DNA from: Thermoproteota archaeon
GTDB taxonomy: Archaea; Korarchaeota; Korarchaeia; Korarchaeales; Korarchaeaceae
Direction of reading: 5' to 3'
Length of the DNA stretch: 64,000 nucleotides
Assembly (NCBI GenBank): GCA_027491395.1
Contig: JAOZFI010000017.1
Span: 29,672-93,671, forward strand
Shown here piece by piece: positions 1-9,081 of the stretch; positions within the stretch are counted from its first letter, which is position 1, and the number at the start of each line of letters is the position of its first letter. Under the pieces are notes generated by a model. The model saw nothing but the letters and a program-made list of their open reading frames with translations, did no database searches and was not told where the DNA came from. Made by a program: the position numbers and the translations under genes.

Positions 1-562
1 CGAGAAGCTCGTACCTACCCGGATGATACAGTTTGTCCCTCAAAATACGCTCCAAATCGTCGTAGGATAACTCCTCTATCTTTCTGGCGTCTTGATAACG
101 GGTGGGGTCCTTATCATAAACCCCGTCCACCCCGGTCATCTTCACTAAGAGGCCCAAGCCAAGCCTCTCGGCCATGAGCGCTGCAACAGCGTCCGTGGAC
201 TGCCCGGGCTGCATACCTCCAGATACAGGTATCTTGCCCAATTGAAAAGCGAGAGCAGCCTCATCGTAGTCCTCGATCACTCTTGGGAAGGCGCTCTTCC
301 CCAGAGCTGCTATCATGACCAAGGCATGTAGCCTCGTGGCGAGTATCCCGGCCTGATCCTGCAGGAACTTACTCCCACCTAACGATCCGACGGCCTCTAT
401 GTACCTCCTAGCGGTATCGCTTCCGCCCGTGACTATAGCCAGTTTTCTGTCCTTGGAAAGGTCTCTAACAACTTTAGCCATTCTCTCGATCAGGGTGAAG
501 TCCCCATTGGTGATGCCCTTGAACACGTGTCCTCCCAGAAGTAGGACGAATCCCTCAGTCAT
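1..562 (-). CDS. pyrH: Uridylate (UMP) kinase, 3' end outside window
   Basis: Manual translation from ATG 562: MTEGFVLLLGGHVF..IVTGGNDTARRYI..GGMQPGQSTDAVAALMAE..TGVDGVYDKDP, the amino-acid-kinase motifs of archaeal PyrH; GGTGA RBS upstream. Confidence 0.92.
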   Translation of the reverse strand, partial: MTEGFVLLLGGHVFKGITNGDFTLIERMAKVVRDLSKDRKLAIVTGGSDTARRYIEAVGSLGGSKFLQDQAGILATRLHALVMIAALGKSAFPRVIEDYDEAALAFQLGKIPVSGGMQPGQSTDAVAALMAERLGLGLLVKMTGVDGVYDKDPTRYQDARKIEELSYDDLERILRDKLYHPGRYELL

Positions 563-571
563 GAGATCACC

Positions 572-1558
572 TTAGTAGAATCTTATCGCCCTCTCCAATC
601 TCGATAGGAGCACTATCCTACTATCAGGAGATTCATCTATGATGTTATAACCCGTCAGCTCCGCTATTTTGGATGCGAAAGCCCTGACCTCGTCATGGGT
701 TGGCATGTTCTCCCTCCCTAGCCTCCTTCTAGAGTAGCCTACCCACATGTAAGCCTTGGGCTCCACATAAGTGGGCTGAGATTCCCTTATAATCCGAGAG
801 AATTCTTCTATCACCTTATCATCCATATTAAACCCCTTTATCAAGGGTATCCTCATGACGGTTGGGGAGGAGAAGGACTGAAGCATCTCTAGGGTCTTCT
901 GAAGCCTAGACCATGCGTCAGGCCACAATGGACGGGTTATTTCCATGTAGAGCCTCTCGTTTGGCGCGGGGACGGTGACATATAGTTGAGTAGGCTCTCT
1001 TTCCAAGTTCTCCAGCCTCTCTGGGAGGGTACCATTCGTGACGATAAAGGTGGTCATCCCCCTCTTTGCGTACGCTTCCACGAGTCCACCTATGTGCGGG
1101 TAAAGTGTGGGCTCTCCCGTCAGGGATATGGCTGCATGCTTTGGCTCCTCTGCCTCGTACACCCATTCCTTCCTAAACACCTTCACTCCCTTGTAGCCCT
1201 GTACTACCATCCTCTGCAATCTGATACTCTCATCAGCTATTTCCTCAGGATCATCCCATTTCGCCCCCTCTTCAGGTACCTCCTTCCACCTGAACTCAGC
1301 CGGTACATCGCTCACATTTAACCTCCAGCAGTAGAGGCACTGTAGGTTGCAGAAGGACGCTGTCGGGGTCATCTGGAGGCATCTCCACGAGGGAATGCCG
1401 TAGAACTTGTGCTTGTAGCAAGTTCTTCCCTCCATTAGAGCCTTTCTGAACCAGTAGCATGGCTTCATGGCAGAATGATTCAGAATAATTTTGTACCCCT
1501 GCTTCTCCATGAGTTTCCTTACGTGATCGGGTATCCTCACGAGACCGGTGGATAACAT
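572..1558 (-). CDS. taw1: 4-demethylwyosine synthase TYW1/Taw1 (radical SAM)
   Basis: HSAMKPCYW, CYKHKFYGI, CNLQCLYCWR (CxxxCxxC), HAAISLTGEPTLYP, YVEPKAYM; start moved from GTG 1576 to ATG 1558 on promoter spacing. Confidence 0.93.
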   Translation of the reverse strand: MLSTGLVRIPDHVRKLMEKQGYKIILNHSAMKPCYWFRKALMEGRTCYKHKFYGIPSWRCLQMTPTASFCNLQCLYCWRLNVSDVPAEFRWKEVPEEGAKWDDPEEIADESIRLQRMVVQGYKGVKVFRKEWVYEAEEPKHAAISLTGEPTLYPHIGGLVEAYAKRGMTTFIVTNGTLPERLENLEREPTQLYVTVPAPNERLYMEITRPLWPDAWSRLQKTLEMLQSFSSPTVMRIPLIKGFNMDDKVIEEFSRIIRESQPTYVEPKAYMWVGYSRRRLGRENMPTHDEVRAFASKIAELTGYNIIDESPDSRIVLLSRLERAIRFY

Positions 1559-1593
1559 CTTTATCCATGCTGACACCGAGTTCCCGATAAATA

Positions 1594-2208
1594 ATGATTC
1601 GCCCGAATAAGGTAACCGAACAGCTGAGGAGATCTCGACTCGAACTGGAGAAGCTTAATATCCTCAGAGAGAAGGCCATATCTCTCTCTAGAGGCTGGCT
1701 CACTAGGTGCAGGGAGCTTATATCGAGGGCGAGGGGCATGGAGGATCTGGACAGGGTCGAGAGGGAATTGACGGACATTCTAAAAGAGATAAGGGAATTC
1801 CTCTCAGAGTGTAAGGAGGAGTTGGGATACTTGGATCCCACTCTGAGGAACATCGTCTCCGATCCCATACAAGAGGCGGTCGAAGGGATAGTTCTGTCGA
1901 GATTGCTTTCCGGAAAAGAAGTTCCGTTCCATAAAGATCTGGGAGTTGGTCCCAGAGAGTACGTGCTGGGCATCGGTGATTCGGTGGGCGAGCTCAGGAG
2001 GGTAGCTCTACATTTACTCTTGGAGGGGAGGATTGGCGAGGCTGAACGCCTCGCCGAGATGATGGAGGAGATATATGAAGGACTGAACCTCATAGTGCTT
2101 CCTGACTCACTAGTCCCGGCCAGGAGGAAGGCGGATGTCGCCAGATCCTTGGTCGAGAAGACCCTCTCGGAGATTCTCATGCTCAAGTCATCGGGTGGTG
2201 GGGGATGA
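1594..2208 (+). CDS. Translin/TRAX family RNA-binding protein
   Basis: QEAVEG, EYVLGIGDSVGELRR, RRKADVAR are characteristic of archaeal translin homologues. Confidence 0.85.
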   Translation: MIRPNKVTEQLRRSRLELEKLNILREKAISLSRGWLTRCRELISRARGMEDLDRVERELTDILKEIREFLSECKEELGYLDPTLRNIVSDPIQEAVEGIVLSRLLSGKEVPFHKDLGVGPREYVLGIGDSVGELRRVALHLLLEGRIGEAERLAEMMEEIYEGLNLIVLPDSLVPARRKADVARSLVEKTLSEILMLKSSGGGG

Positions 2209-2882
2209 GCAGGGACTTCAAGGAGCTGGATCCCTACACATCACACCTGCTGCTGGCCGTTATCCTCTTGGGAGGATCGAAAAAACCAGTGAGAGCCTCC
2301 GATTTATGCGAATATCTCAACACCTCCAGAGCTACGATATCTAGGTGGATTTCTAGGGCGGAGGACCTAGGCTTCCTCAGGTCAACCATGGCTAGAAGGG
2401 TCAAGTACGTGATGGCCACTCAGAAGGCATTGGAACTGGTCAGAACCCTTTATGAGATGACTCAGGGTATAAGCTGGGACGAAGAGGTACTTATGGCCGA
2501 GGTATTCTCGGGGATGAAGGAAGGAGCCTATTACATGTCCAGACCAGGCTATGTGATGGGCTTCAAGGAGGTTCTGGGCTACATACCCTTCCCAGGCACG
2601 TTAAACCTCAGAGCGAGGGGAGAAGACATCTCCAAGATAAGGGAATGGAGGAGGAGGGTGAGGCCTAAGGTGGTGCCTGGATTTGTGGAATCGGGCAGGA
2701 CATTCGGGGATGTGGAGGTTCTACCCGTGGTTCTAAACGGATCTGTGGGGGCTCATGCGATTTTCCCGCTCAGGAGACATTACGGAGATGATGTACTGGA
2801 GATAATACACCCTGAAAGCCTGAGGATCAAATTGAACGTTAAAGACGGAGATATAGTAGCCATCACTTTGAAGAAGTGGTAG
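2205..2882 (+). CDS. ribK: CTP-dependent riboflavin kinase with N-terminal HTH (RbkR type)
   Basis: N-terminal wHTH (SRATISRWI); VFSGMKEGAYYMS, PFPGTLN, RTFG, LEIIHPESLR..L..KDGD. Confidence 0.9.
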   Translation: MSRDFKELDPYTSHLLLAVILLGGSKKPVRASDLCEYLNTSRATISRWISRAEDLGFLRSTMARRVKYVMATQKALELVRTLYEMTQGISWDEEVLMAEVFSGMKEGAYYMSRPGYVMGFKEVLGYIPFPGTLNLRARGEDISKIREWRRRVRPKVVPGFVESGRTFGDVEVLPVVLNGSVGAHAIFPLRRHYGDDVLEIIHPESLRIKLNVKDGDIVAITLKKW

Positions 2883-2955
2883 TGGGCCGGGGGGGACTCG
2901 AACCCCCGACCTCCGCCGTGTGAGGGCGGCGTCATAGCCGCTAGACCACCGGCCC
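2883..2955 (-). tRNA. tRNA-Val(CAC), intronless, CCA not encoded
   Basis: Reverse complement GGGCCGGTGGTCTAGCGGCTATGACGCCGCC-CTCACAC-GGCGGAGGTCGGGGGTTCGAGTCCCCCCCGGCCCA folds as a cloverleaf with anticodon CAC and a TTCGA T-loop. Confidence 0.97.
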
Positions 2956-3160
2956 CTTGAGTCCGACCGATCGCTCGATTTTAATCTTTATGTGGTCCTC
3001 TCCCCTAGGTGGATATACCATCGATTTTTTCAGGTAATTAAAATGATGATTAAGGCGATATAGGAAACTTAACAAAAATGACCTACGTTTTTTCATGCCA
3101 TTAGATGGTAATGCCAAAGGAGTAAGGGCAGCTATTTTAATTAACAGGAGCAGGTAGCTG

Positions 3161-4456
3161 ATGGCTGAAATGATTAACGGAATCAGGGGGCTGGAAAGGG
3201 ATCTGAAACTATTGCTCATAGCAAGCATACCCACGGGGCTCTCTGGTGGGATGTTCTACGCCGTCTGGGGTTTATACTTCGAGACAGAAGGTATAAATGT
3301 TAGTCTACTGGGTCTCTACAGCTTCTTGGAAGGTCTATTGATGGCGGTGGTCTTCATTCCGGCCGGTCTCATCACCGATAAGATGGGAAGAAAGAAACCC
3401 GTCCTGATAGGGTACATGCTTTCCGCCGTGTCTCTAGCCATAGTATCGCTCTGGGATCTCAATCTACCGGCAATAATCTTGAGTGGAATCTTGGGAGGCT
3501 GTAGCTCCCTCGCCCTACCCGCTTTCCAAGCTTGGCTAGCCGACCTCGCTGGTAGCAGAATGGAAGAGGCCTCGAGCATCCAGATGTTCCTTTACAACGT
3601 CAGCTTCTCAGCTGGGAGTCTAATGGGATGGATCCCAGAACTCATGGTCATGTCGTCCCAAGACCTGAACTACTCCCAGGCGTACCGGTTGATGATACTC
3701 CTCTCTACGCTCGCGACTCTGATCGCCATACCCTTCTTCCTAACCATTAAAGATAAGAAGATGGCATATTCAACGACTAATCACCCAATAACTTTTAAGG
3801 ACATCCTGAGACCTCTGAACTCCTCTATGATACGAAGGCTTACTTTCCTCTTGGTCCTATCCAGCTTGGCCACAGGATTCTTCTATCCTTTAACCAGCTA
3901 TTACTTAGGAGAGAAGTATGGGGTCGAGTCCGGACCGGTTGGGACCGTTCTCTCCCTGATATACCTTATATCCTCATTCAGTTATCTAGTAGCTCCGGTG
4001 TTCTCCAAGCTCTTGGGACTCGTGAAATTCATCGTACTGTCCCAAGGCTTCGCCATACTCATGATGGCCCTGATCCCCCTAACTCATGACTTCCTGTTAA
4101 CCTCTACTTTACTTATCCTTCAGGTTATGGGGACTTACGCGCCCTTCCCACTGATATGGGCACTTTTCATGGAGTACTCACCTCCTGACGAAAGAGGAAT
4201 GGTTAACTCTCTCTATAACCTCTCGGTAGTGGGTCCTAGGGCCATTTCCTCGCTGGCAGGAGGAAATATGATGAGCATATCACTTGAGTACCCCATATTT
4301 GCCTTCATCCTTCTGTACTCCCTCTATAACTTATTATTCGCCGCTCTCGTGAGGAGTTCCCGTTCCAAGAAGAGTTATCTGGCAAAGATGGCAGAGAACA
4401 CGGGGGATGAGAATGGACTTGAGGGGCAGGATAGATGCAACACTACTGAGGCATGA
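3161..4456 (+). CDS. MFS transporter
   Basis: About 12 hydrophobic segments; motif A GLITDKMGRKK; PPDERG in the C-terminal half. Confidence 0.9.
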   Translation: MAEMINGIRGLERDLKLLLIASIPTGLSGGMFYAVWGLYFETEGINVSLLGLYSFLEGLLMAVVFIPAGLITDKMGRKKPVLIGYMLSAVSLAIVSLWDLNLPAIILSGILGGCSSLALPAFQAWLADLAGSRMEEASSIQMFLYNVSFSAGSLMGWIPELMVMSSQDLNYSQAYRLMILLSTLATLIAIPFFLTIKDKKMAYSTTNHPITFKDILRPLNSSMIRRLTFLLVLSSLATGFFYPLTSYYLGEKYGVESGPVGTVLSLIYLISSFSYLVAPVFSKLLGLVKFIVLSQGFAILMMALIPLTHDFLLTSTLLILQVMGTYAPFPLIWALFMEYSPPDERGMVNSLYNLSVVGPRAISSLAGGNMMSISLEYPIFAFILLYSLYNLLFAALVRSSRSKKSYLAKMAENTGDENGLEGQDRCNTTEA

Positions 4457-5030
4457 TGTCCTCATATCTGCGGTCGTGGAATTCGCGGAAAGGGCGGCAA
4501 GGGAGGGGATGAGGTCTGTTGTGGTTTACCCCTTCTATGCTCAGCGTCTGGCGGCGACAGATATGGGAATACCGATATGTACGGTAGTAGGCTTTCCTCA
4601 CGGCTCTCAACTCAAGGAAGCGAAAGTGGGGGAGGCAAAACTGGCTCGAGAGATTGGCGTCTCCGAGATAGACTATGTGATCAGCATATCTGCGGTGAAG
4701 AACGGACTGTTCGATTACCTGAAGGAGGAAGCTGATCTCATAACTGCCGTCTTCTCAGGTACGGTTAAGGCCATTATTGAGGTACCCCTTCTCTCTGAAA
4801 ATGAGCTGAAGAGCACATTAAGGGCCTTAGAGTCCACTGATGTGGATTACGTGAAGACATCCACAGGACTGTACAGGCCTGTGACATCCGACGATGTCAG
4901 GAGGATAAAAGAGCTCACTGACAAGAAAATAAAAGCTTCCGGAGGAATAAGGACCAAGGAGCAGGCTATTGAGTTGGTTAGGTCGGGAGCCGATGTGTTA
5001 GGGACCAGTAAGCCTTTTGACATACTGTAG
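4407..5030 (+). CDS. deoC: Deoxyribose-phosphate aldolase
   Basis: IDATLL, TVVGFPHG, EIDYV, KAIIE, YVKTSTG (Schiff-base Lys), IKASGGIRT, GTS. Confidence 0.93.
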   Translation: MRMDLRGRIDATLLRHDVLISAVVEFAERAAREGMRSVVVYPFYAQRLAATDMGIPICTVVGFPHGSQLKEAKVGEAKLAREIGVSEIDYVISISAVKNGLFDYLKEEADLITAVFSGTVKAIIEVPLLSENELKSTLRALESTDVDYVKTSTGLYRPVTSDDVRRIKELTDKKIKASGGIRTKEQAIELVRSGADVLGTSKPFDIL

Positions 5031-5035
5031 CGGGA

Positions 5036-6139
5036 TCAGGCTCCTATCACCCAGCGGGCAACGTAGCTCCTAGGGCACTGGACAGTACCCCTGTAATAGG
5101 GGCAGAAGGAACAAGTTGGACTGTTACCCCAACAGTCGAACTCATTGCTGTTGGCTATGTGACAGCCATCCCAGAGGAGGCAGTCGTTGCATGACGGGAA
5201 ATCAGCGATCCTCACCTTAGCCCTGAACGACACGTACTCGGGGGACCACCATATCTCCCTCAAGCTCCTCTCCTTCAGATCGCCGAAAACTAGCTGCTTT
5301 ACCTCCACCTCCCTTCCATCGATCCAAGCCCTGTAGTCGTGAAGGGTGAAGAGGCATGGGACGACCTTCCCATCAAATGAGATGGCAAAGGCCCCCTCCT
5401 CAATGAAGGGACACCTCCTCTCAGTCTTGTAGTAGAAGAAGGGTTCTATCACCCTGATATGGTGGAGCATTGACAAGGTCCTGACCCTTTCCATGATTTT
5501 CGTGACGTTATCGGGATGCACCTTATCATGTATCTGCTCACGAGCGAGGGCAGGGTGAGTAGCTATCAGATTGGACAGGAGGACGCCCCTAGCCCCTACC
5601 TCGGCTGCCCATTCTATTAGATCAGGTAGCTTGCTAACCGTGCTCTTCAGGAGGACGGTGGAGATCCACAGCTCCACTCCATCCCTGTTGGCTAGCTCCC
5701 TGATTCCTTCCTCAACTACATGAAAGCTCGATCCCACCCTAATCCTCCTGTACATCTCCGGATCCGTGACATCCACGCTGACGAAAACCCAAGAGAAATA
5801 GCGACTTATCGTATCGGCTTTCCTCAAGAGGGTGGTTCCGTTGGTAATCATCCCTAGATCAAATCTCTCCGCCGCTTTCCTCGCGAAGTCCTCAAACCTC
5901 GGGTGGATCGTGGGCTCTCCCCATCCGCTGAACCACAGATCTTGGACTCCCACATTGTTGAGCTCCCCAATCACCCGATCAAACAGCTCCTCACCCATGA
6001 ATCCTATCCTCTCATTCCAGCTCTGCCTGTAACAGAATTTGCAGTTGAGGTTGCAGGAGGTCGTGAGCTCTACATGTGCCTCCTTTGGGGGATCAGGGTC
6101 CGGCAGATAAAAGCCTCCATGCACCCTTATCTTCTCCAA
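5036..6139 (-). CDS. Radical SAM/SPASM protein, tungsten-cofactor oxidoreductase maturase-like
   Basis: ELTTSCNLNCKFCYRQSW, GWGEPTIHP, ERRCPF, C-terminal FPSCNDC..C..DCWGNSPTCSFC..CP. Confidence 0.8.
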   Translation of the reverse strand: MEKIRVHGGFYLPDPDPPKEAHVELTTSCNLNCKFCYRQSWNERIGFMGEELFDRVIGELNNVGVQDLWFSGWGEPTIHPRFEDFARKAAERFDLGMITNGTTLLRKADTISRYFSWVFVSVDVTDPEMYRRIRVGSSFHVVEEGIRELANRDGVELWISTVLLKSTVSKLPDLIEWAAEVGARGVLLSNLIATHPALAREQIHDKVHPDNVTKIMERVRTLSMLHHIRVIEPFFYYKTERRCPFIEEGAFAISFDGKVVPCLFTLHDYRAWIDGREVEVKQLVFGDLKERSLREIWWSPEYVSFRAKVRIADFPSCNDCLLWDGCHIANSNEFDCWGNSPTCSFCPYYRGTVQCPRSYVARWVIGA

Positions 6140-6211
6140 TGCTCCTCGACCGCCCCTCCATCAAATCCGTATTAAATGATTGCTATAACTGTGTGTTTAA
6201 GGAAGGAACCA

Positions 6212-6955
6212 TCAGCCGAGGAAGGTACTAGCTGCACCTCTGGGGGACTTACCCCATACCTTTTCGACCTCCTCCACGGGCAGATCCAGCTGCTTGGCTA
6301 CTAACTCCATAGAAATTTCCGGGTTCGTCCTCTTTATATCATCGACGGCGTGGATCAAGTAATCCTCATATGGAATGGCTTCCTCCCACAGCTTATCGAA
6401 TCTCTCCTTGAAGATCTTCGCCAGACTCTCCGACTCCACCTTTATACCAGTTCTCGTGGGCTGTTCCACCCCTATCTTCTCCGGGAATCCCATGACCACG
6501 ACTCTGTCGTCAACCACCATATGCCTGAGATCGTACACTACGAGTCCTCCGTGGTACCTCACCTCGGCCCCGGCCTTCGAATACCTGTAGCCCACGTAGA
6601 GCTTCTCCCTTCCCTTGGGCATCATGTACCTTATTTTCACACCCCTCGATGCGGCCGCTTCTATCTCCTTGACGATCTTGTCGAAGAATTCAGTAGAGTC
6701 CTTGGGCTTAGCGCCCGTCACAGACCCGAAGATCTCCTTAGTAGCTCCTCTCATGGCCTCCAGCACCGCGTTAAAGTACTGGGTTCTAGTGAGCATCTTG
6801 GTCACCTCCATGAGGTGCTCCACGAGCCTCTTCCTACCTTCGAGTTCGTGTCTGCTGAGGTAGAGCAGGATTATAGTGGCTATTAGCAGGGTGAGCTCCA
6901 CTATCAGAAGAGCTAAGGCCACTAAGTCCTCCATATGGGGTCCCTCATATCTCAT
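6212..6955 (-). CDS. Membrane-anchored protein with TrmB/PLD-like domain and C-terminal HTH-like segment
   Basis: N-terminal TM helix; AASRGVKIRY, DLRHMVVDDRVVVMG, FKERFDKLWEEA (PLD-fold-like); ISMELVAKQLDLPVEEVEK. Start at 6955 or 6934. Confidence 0.6.
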   Translation of the reverse strand: MRYEGPHMEDLVALALLIVELTLLIATIILLYLSRHELEGRKRLVEHLMEVTKMLTRTQYFNAVLEAMRGATKEIFGSVTGAKPKDSTEFFDKIVKEIEAAASRGVKIRYMMPKGREKLYVGYRYSKAGAEVRYHGGLVVYDLRHMVVDDRVVVMGFPEKIGVEQPTRTGIKVESESLAKIFKERFDKLWEEAIPYEDYLIHAVDDIKRTNPEISMELVAKQLDLPVEEVEKVWGKSPRGAASTFLG

Positions 6956-7844
6956 CCGCGCCGCCAGCCGGCGCCACATTCATCACCGTTGCTGGTATAC
7001 CTAGCCCTTTATAAGCCCGCCTCACCTCTTCGACAATTCGGTCGCACTCCTCGCATAGGAACAGCATGCTCGGTCCGGCTCCGCTGATGGACACACCTAG
7101 GGCCCCAGATTTCATAGCTATATCCTTAACTTCCCTATATCCCGGGATGAGCTTGGATCGGGACTCGTCTATTAAGGAGTAGGACATCCCCTCGCCTGCT
7201 AATCTCAAATCGCCTGTAGCAAGTCCGAGCAGCAGGGAGGCCAAGTGGGAGTAGTGCCTGATCATCTCTTCAATATTCACTCTTCTTGGGACGAGGGACC
7301 TCATTTTCTCAGTCTTCCTCTCGGGAATAGGTGTCCAAGGAACGGATAAGACGAACCTAACATCAGGATCTAGCTTCACGATCCTCCTTCCTATGACGAC
7401 CAATCCTCCGAACAAAGAGGGGGCGACGTTATCTGGGTGAGGAGAACCCGATGCCTCTCTCTCCCCTTCAGCCGCTGCTCTCACGAGATCCTCTTCCGAT
7501 AGCACACCACCCAGCTCCAAGTCCACTGCCCTCACTGCTGCGGCCGAGGACGCGCCACTGCTTCCTAGACCCCTGCCTGGCGGAACTCCCTTCCAAAGCT
7601 TTATCCTAGCGGTTAAATGCTGCTCCGAAGCTTTCAATGCGGCTCTCGCGGCAGCGGCGGCACTGTTTCTTCTTCCGAGGGGTACGGACTTCGCATAGGG
7701 GCCCTTAACCTCAGTGACTACAGCGTCCGGGCCACCGCTAACAAGCTCGACCTCGACCGTGTCGGAGAACGCATTAATCGCTATCCCCATTATGTCATAA
7801 CCGGGCCCCAAGTTGGCACTAGTGCTCCAGGCTCTGACCCTCAT
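6945..7844 (-). CDS. thrB: Homoserine kinase
   Basis: STSANLGPGYD, PPGRGLGSSGASSAA (GHMP), HPDNVAPSLFGG, ISGAGPS. Confidence 0.95.
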   Translation of the reverse strand: MRVRAWSTSANLGPGYDIMGIAINAFSDTVEVELVSGGPDAVVTEVKGPYAKSVPLGRRNSAAAAARAALKASEQHLTARIKLWKGVPPGRGLGSSGASSAAAVRAVDLELGGVLSEEDLVRAAAEGEREASGSPHPDNVAPSLFGGLVVIGRRIVKLDPDVRFVLSVPWTPIPERKTEKMRSLVPRRVNIEEMIRHYSHLASLLLGLATGDLRLAGEGMSYSLIDESRSKLIPGYREVKDIAMKSGALGVSISGAGPSMLFLCEECDRIVEEVRRAYKGLGIPATVMNVAPAGGADEI

Positions 7845-9022
7845 AGGGCTAGCCTCCTTATCTTATTCACGGCCTCATCAATGCTGGAAGCCCTCACCGG
7901 CTCGGGGAATGGAAAGGCATCCGGATCCTTCAGGGCGTGGCCGGTGGTCACAAGCACAACCCTGTCGTCTGGGAAGATCTCCCTTCCCAGTAACTTCAAG
8001 TAACCCGCATACGATGCGGCCGAAGCTGGTTCTACCCCTACGCCCATCTTCCCTAGCTTCCTCTGAGCCTCCAGAATCTCTTCATCTGTCACGATCTCGA
8101 CGACGCCTCTGCTCTCCCTGAGGGCCTTGAAGGCCTTCGGCCAATTCACGGGCCTCCCTATTCTTATCGCGGTGGCCACGGTCTCGGGATTATCAGTAAA
8201 GATAGGCTCGCTCAGCCCCTCTTTGAGAGCTCTAGCTATTGGAGAGGCACCCGCTGCCTGTATGCCCGCCAACCTAGGCACCTTATCGATCAGACCAAGC
8301 TCCCTCATCTCTTTGAATCCCTTCCATATCGCTGAAATGTTGCCAGCGTTTCCCACGGGCAGCACGACCCAGTCCGGCACGCCTATCTCATCGGCTATCT
8401 CGAAGGCGAGGGTCTTCTGACCCTCCAACCTCCAGGGATTGATTGAATTGAGGGGATAAAGCCCGCTCTCCCTCCCAGATACTTTCATCACCACATCCAA
8501 TGCGGCATCGAAGGGACCGTCTATCTCCACGATGGTGGCACCGTGAAGCACCGCCTGAGCCAGCTTCCCCTTGGCTACCTTTTCCCTCGGCAGTACGACG
8601 AAGCTCCTCATGCCCGCTCTGGAGGCGTAAGCAGCGACGGAGGCAGAGGTGTTACCAGTGGATGCGCATATGACGCTCTTCACACCGGCTTCCTTGGCCA
8701 AGGACACTGCTACAGTCATTCCCCTATCTTTGAAGGATCCTGTTGGGTTGCTCCCCTCGAATTTCACCCAGAGTCCCTCGCCTATCTTTATGAGGGGGGT
8801 ACCTCCCTCACCCATTGTTATGGGCCTCACTCTGGGTAGAAGCTCCTTATACCTCCATACCCCGAACCTCCTCGTCCTGAAAAGAGCCCAAGATACGCCG
8901 AGGGGTTTCCTCCTGAAGACGGGCTCCAGCAGGCCTCCGCAGTGAGGGCAAACTATGGTCCAAGGGTCGGCTCTGTAGGTCCTGCCGCATTTGATGCAGC
9001 GAAGCTCGTATTCCCCGAGCAT
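7841..9022 (-). CDS. thrC: Threonine synthase
   Basis: N-terminal Zn ribbon, GEGGTPL, NPTGSFKDRG (PLP Lys), ASTGNTSAS, PVGNAGN, TGHALKD; start set at ATG 9022 to avoid overlap with glyA. Confidence 0.95.
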   Translation of the reverse strand: MLGEYELRCIKCGRTYRADPWTIVCPHCGGLLEPVFRRKPLGVSWALFRTRRFGVWRYKELLPRVRPITMGEGGTPLIKIGEGLWVKFEGSNPTGSFKDRGMTVAVSLAKEAGVKSVICASTGNTSASVAAYASRAGMRSFVVLPREKVAKGKLAQAVLHGATIVEIDGPFDAALDVVMKVSGRESGLYPLNSINPWRLEGQKTLAFEIADEIGVPDWVVLPVGNAGNISAIWKGFKEMRELGLIDKVPRLAGIQAAGASPIARALKEGLSEPIFTDNPETVATAIRIGRPVNWPKAFKALRESRGVVEIVTDEEILEAQRKLGKMGVGVEPASAASYAGYLKLLGREIFPDDRVVLVTTGHALKDPDAFPFPEPVRASSIDEAVNKIRRLAL

Positions 9023-9042
9023 CTCGGCTTTCTTCGACACAC

Positions 9043-9052
9043 AGTTATAACT
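9043..9052. promoter_or_regulatory. Palindromic TATA-like box AGTTATAACT between divergent thrC and glyA
   Basis: Perfect 10-bp palindrome about 20-30 nt from both start codons (9022 and 9082). Confidence 0.6.
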
Positions 9053-9081
9053 TCTCCCCTCGGTGGAAACTGGGTGGGTGT

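Noticed and set aside
1296-2186. 296-aa minus-strand ORF
   Set aside because: Ser-rich antisense shadow of translin that also overlaps taw1
2883-2955. Integrated element at tRNA-Val
   Set aside because: No duplicated tRNA end, integrase or transposase was seen in the window
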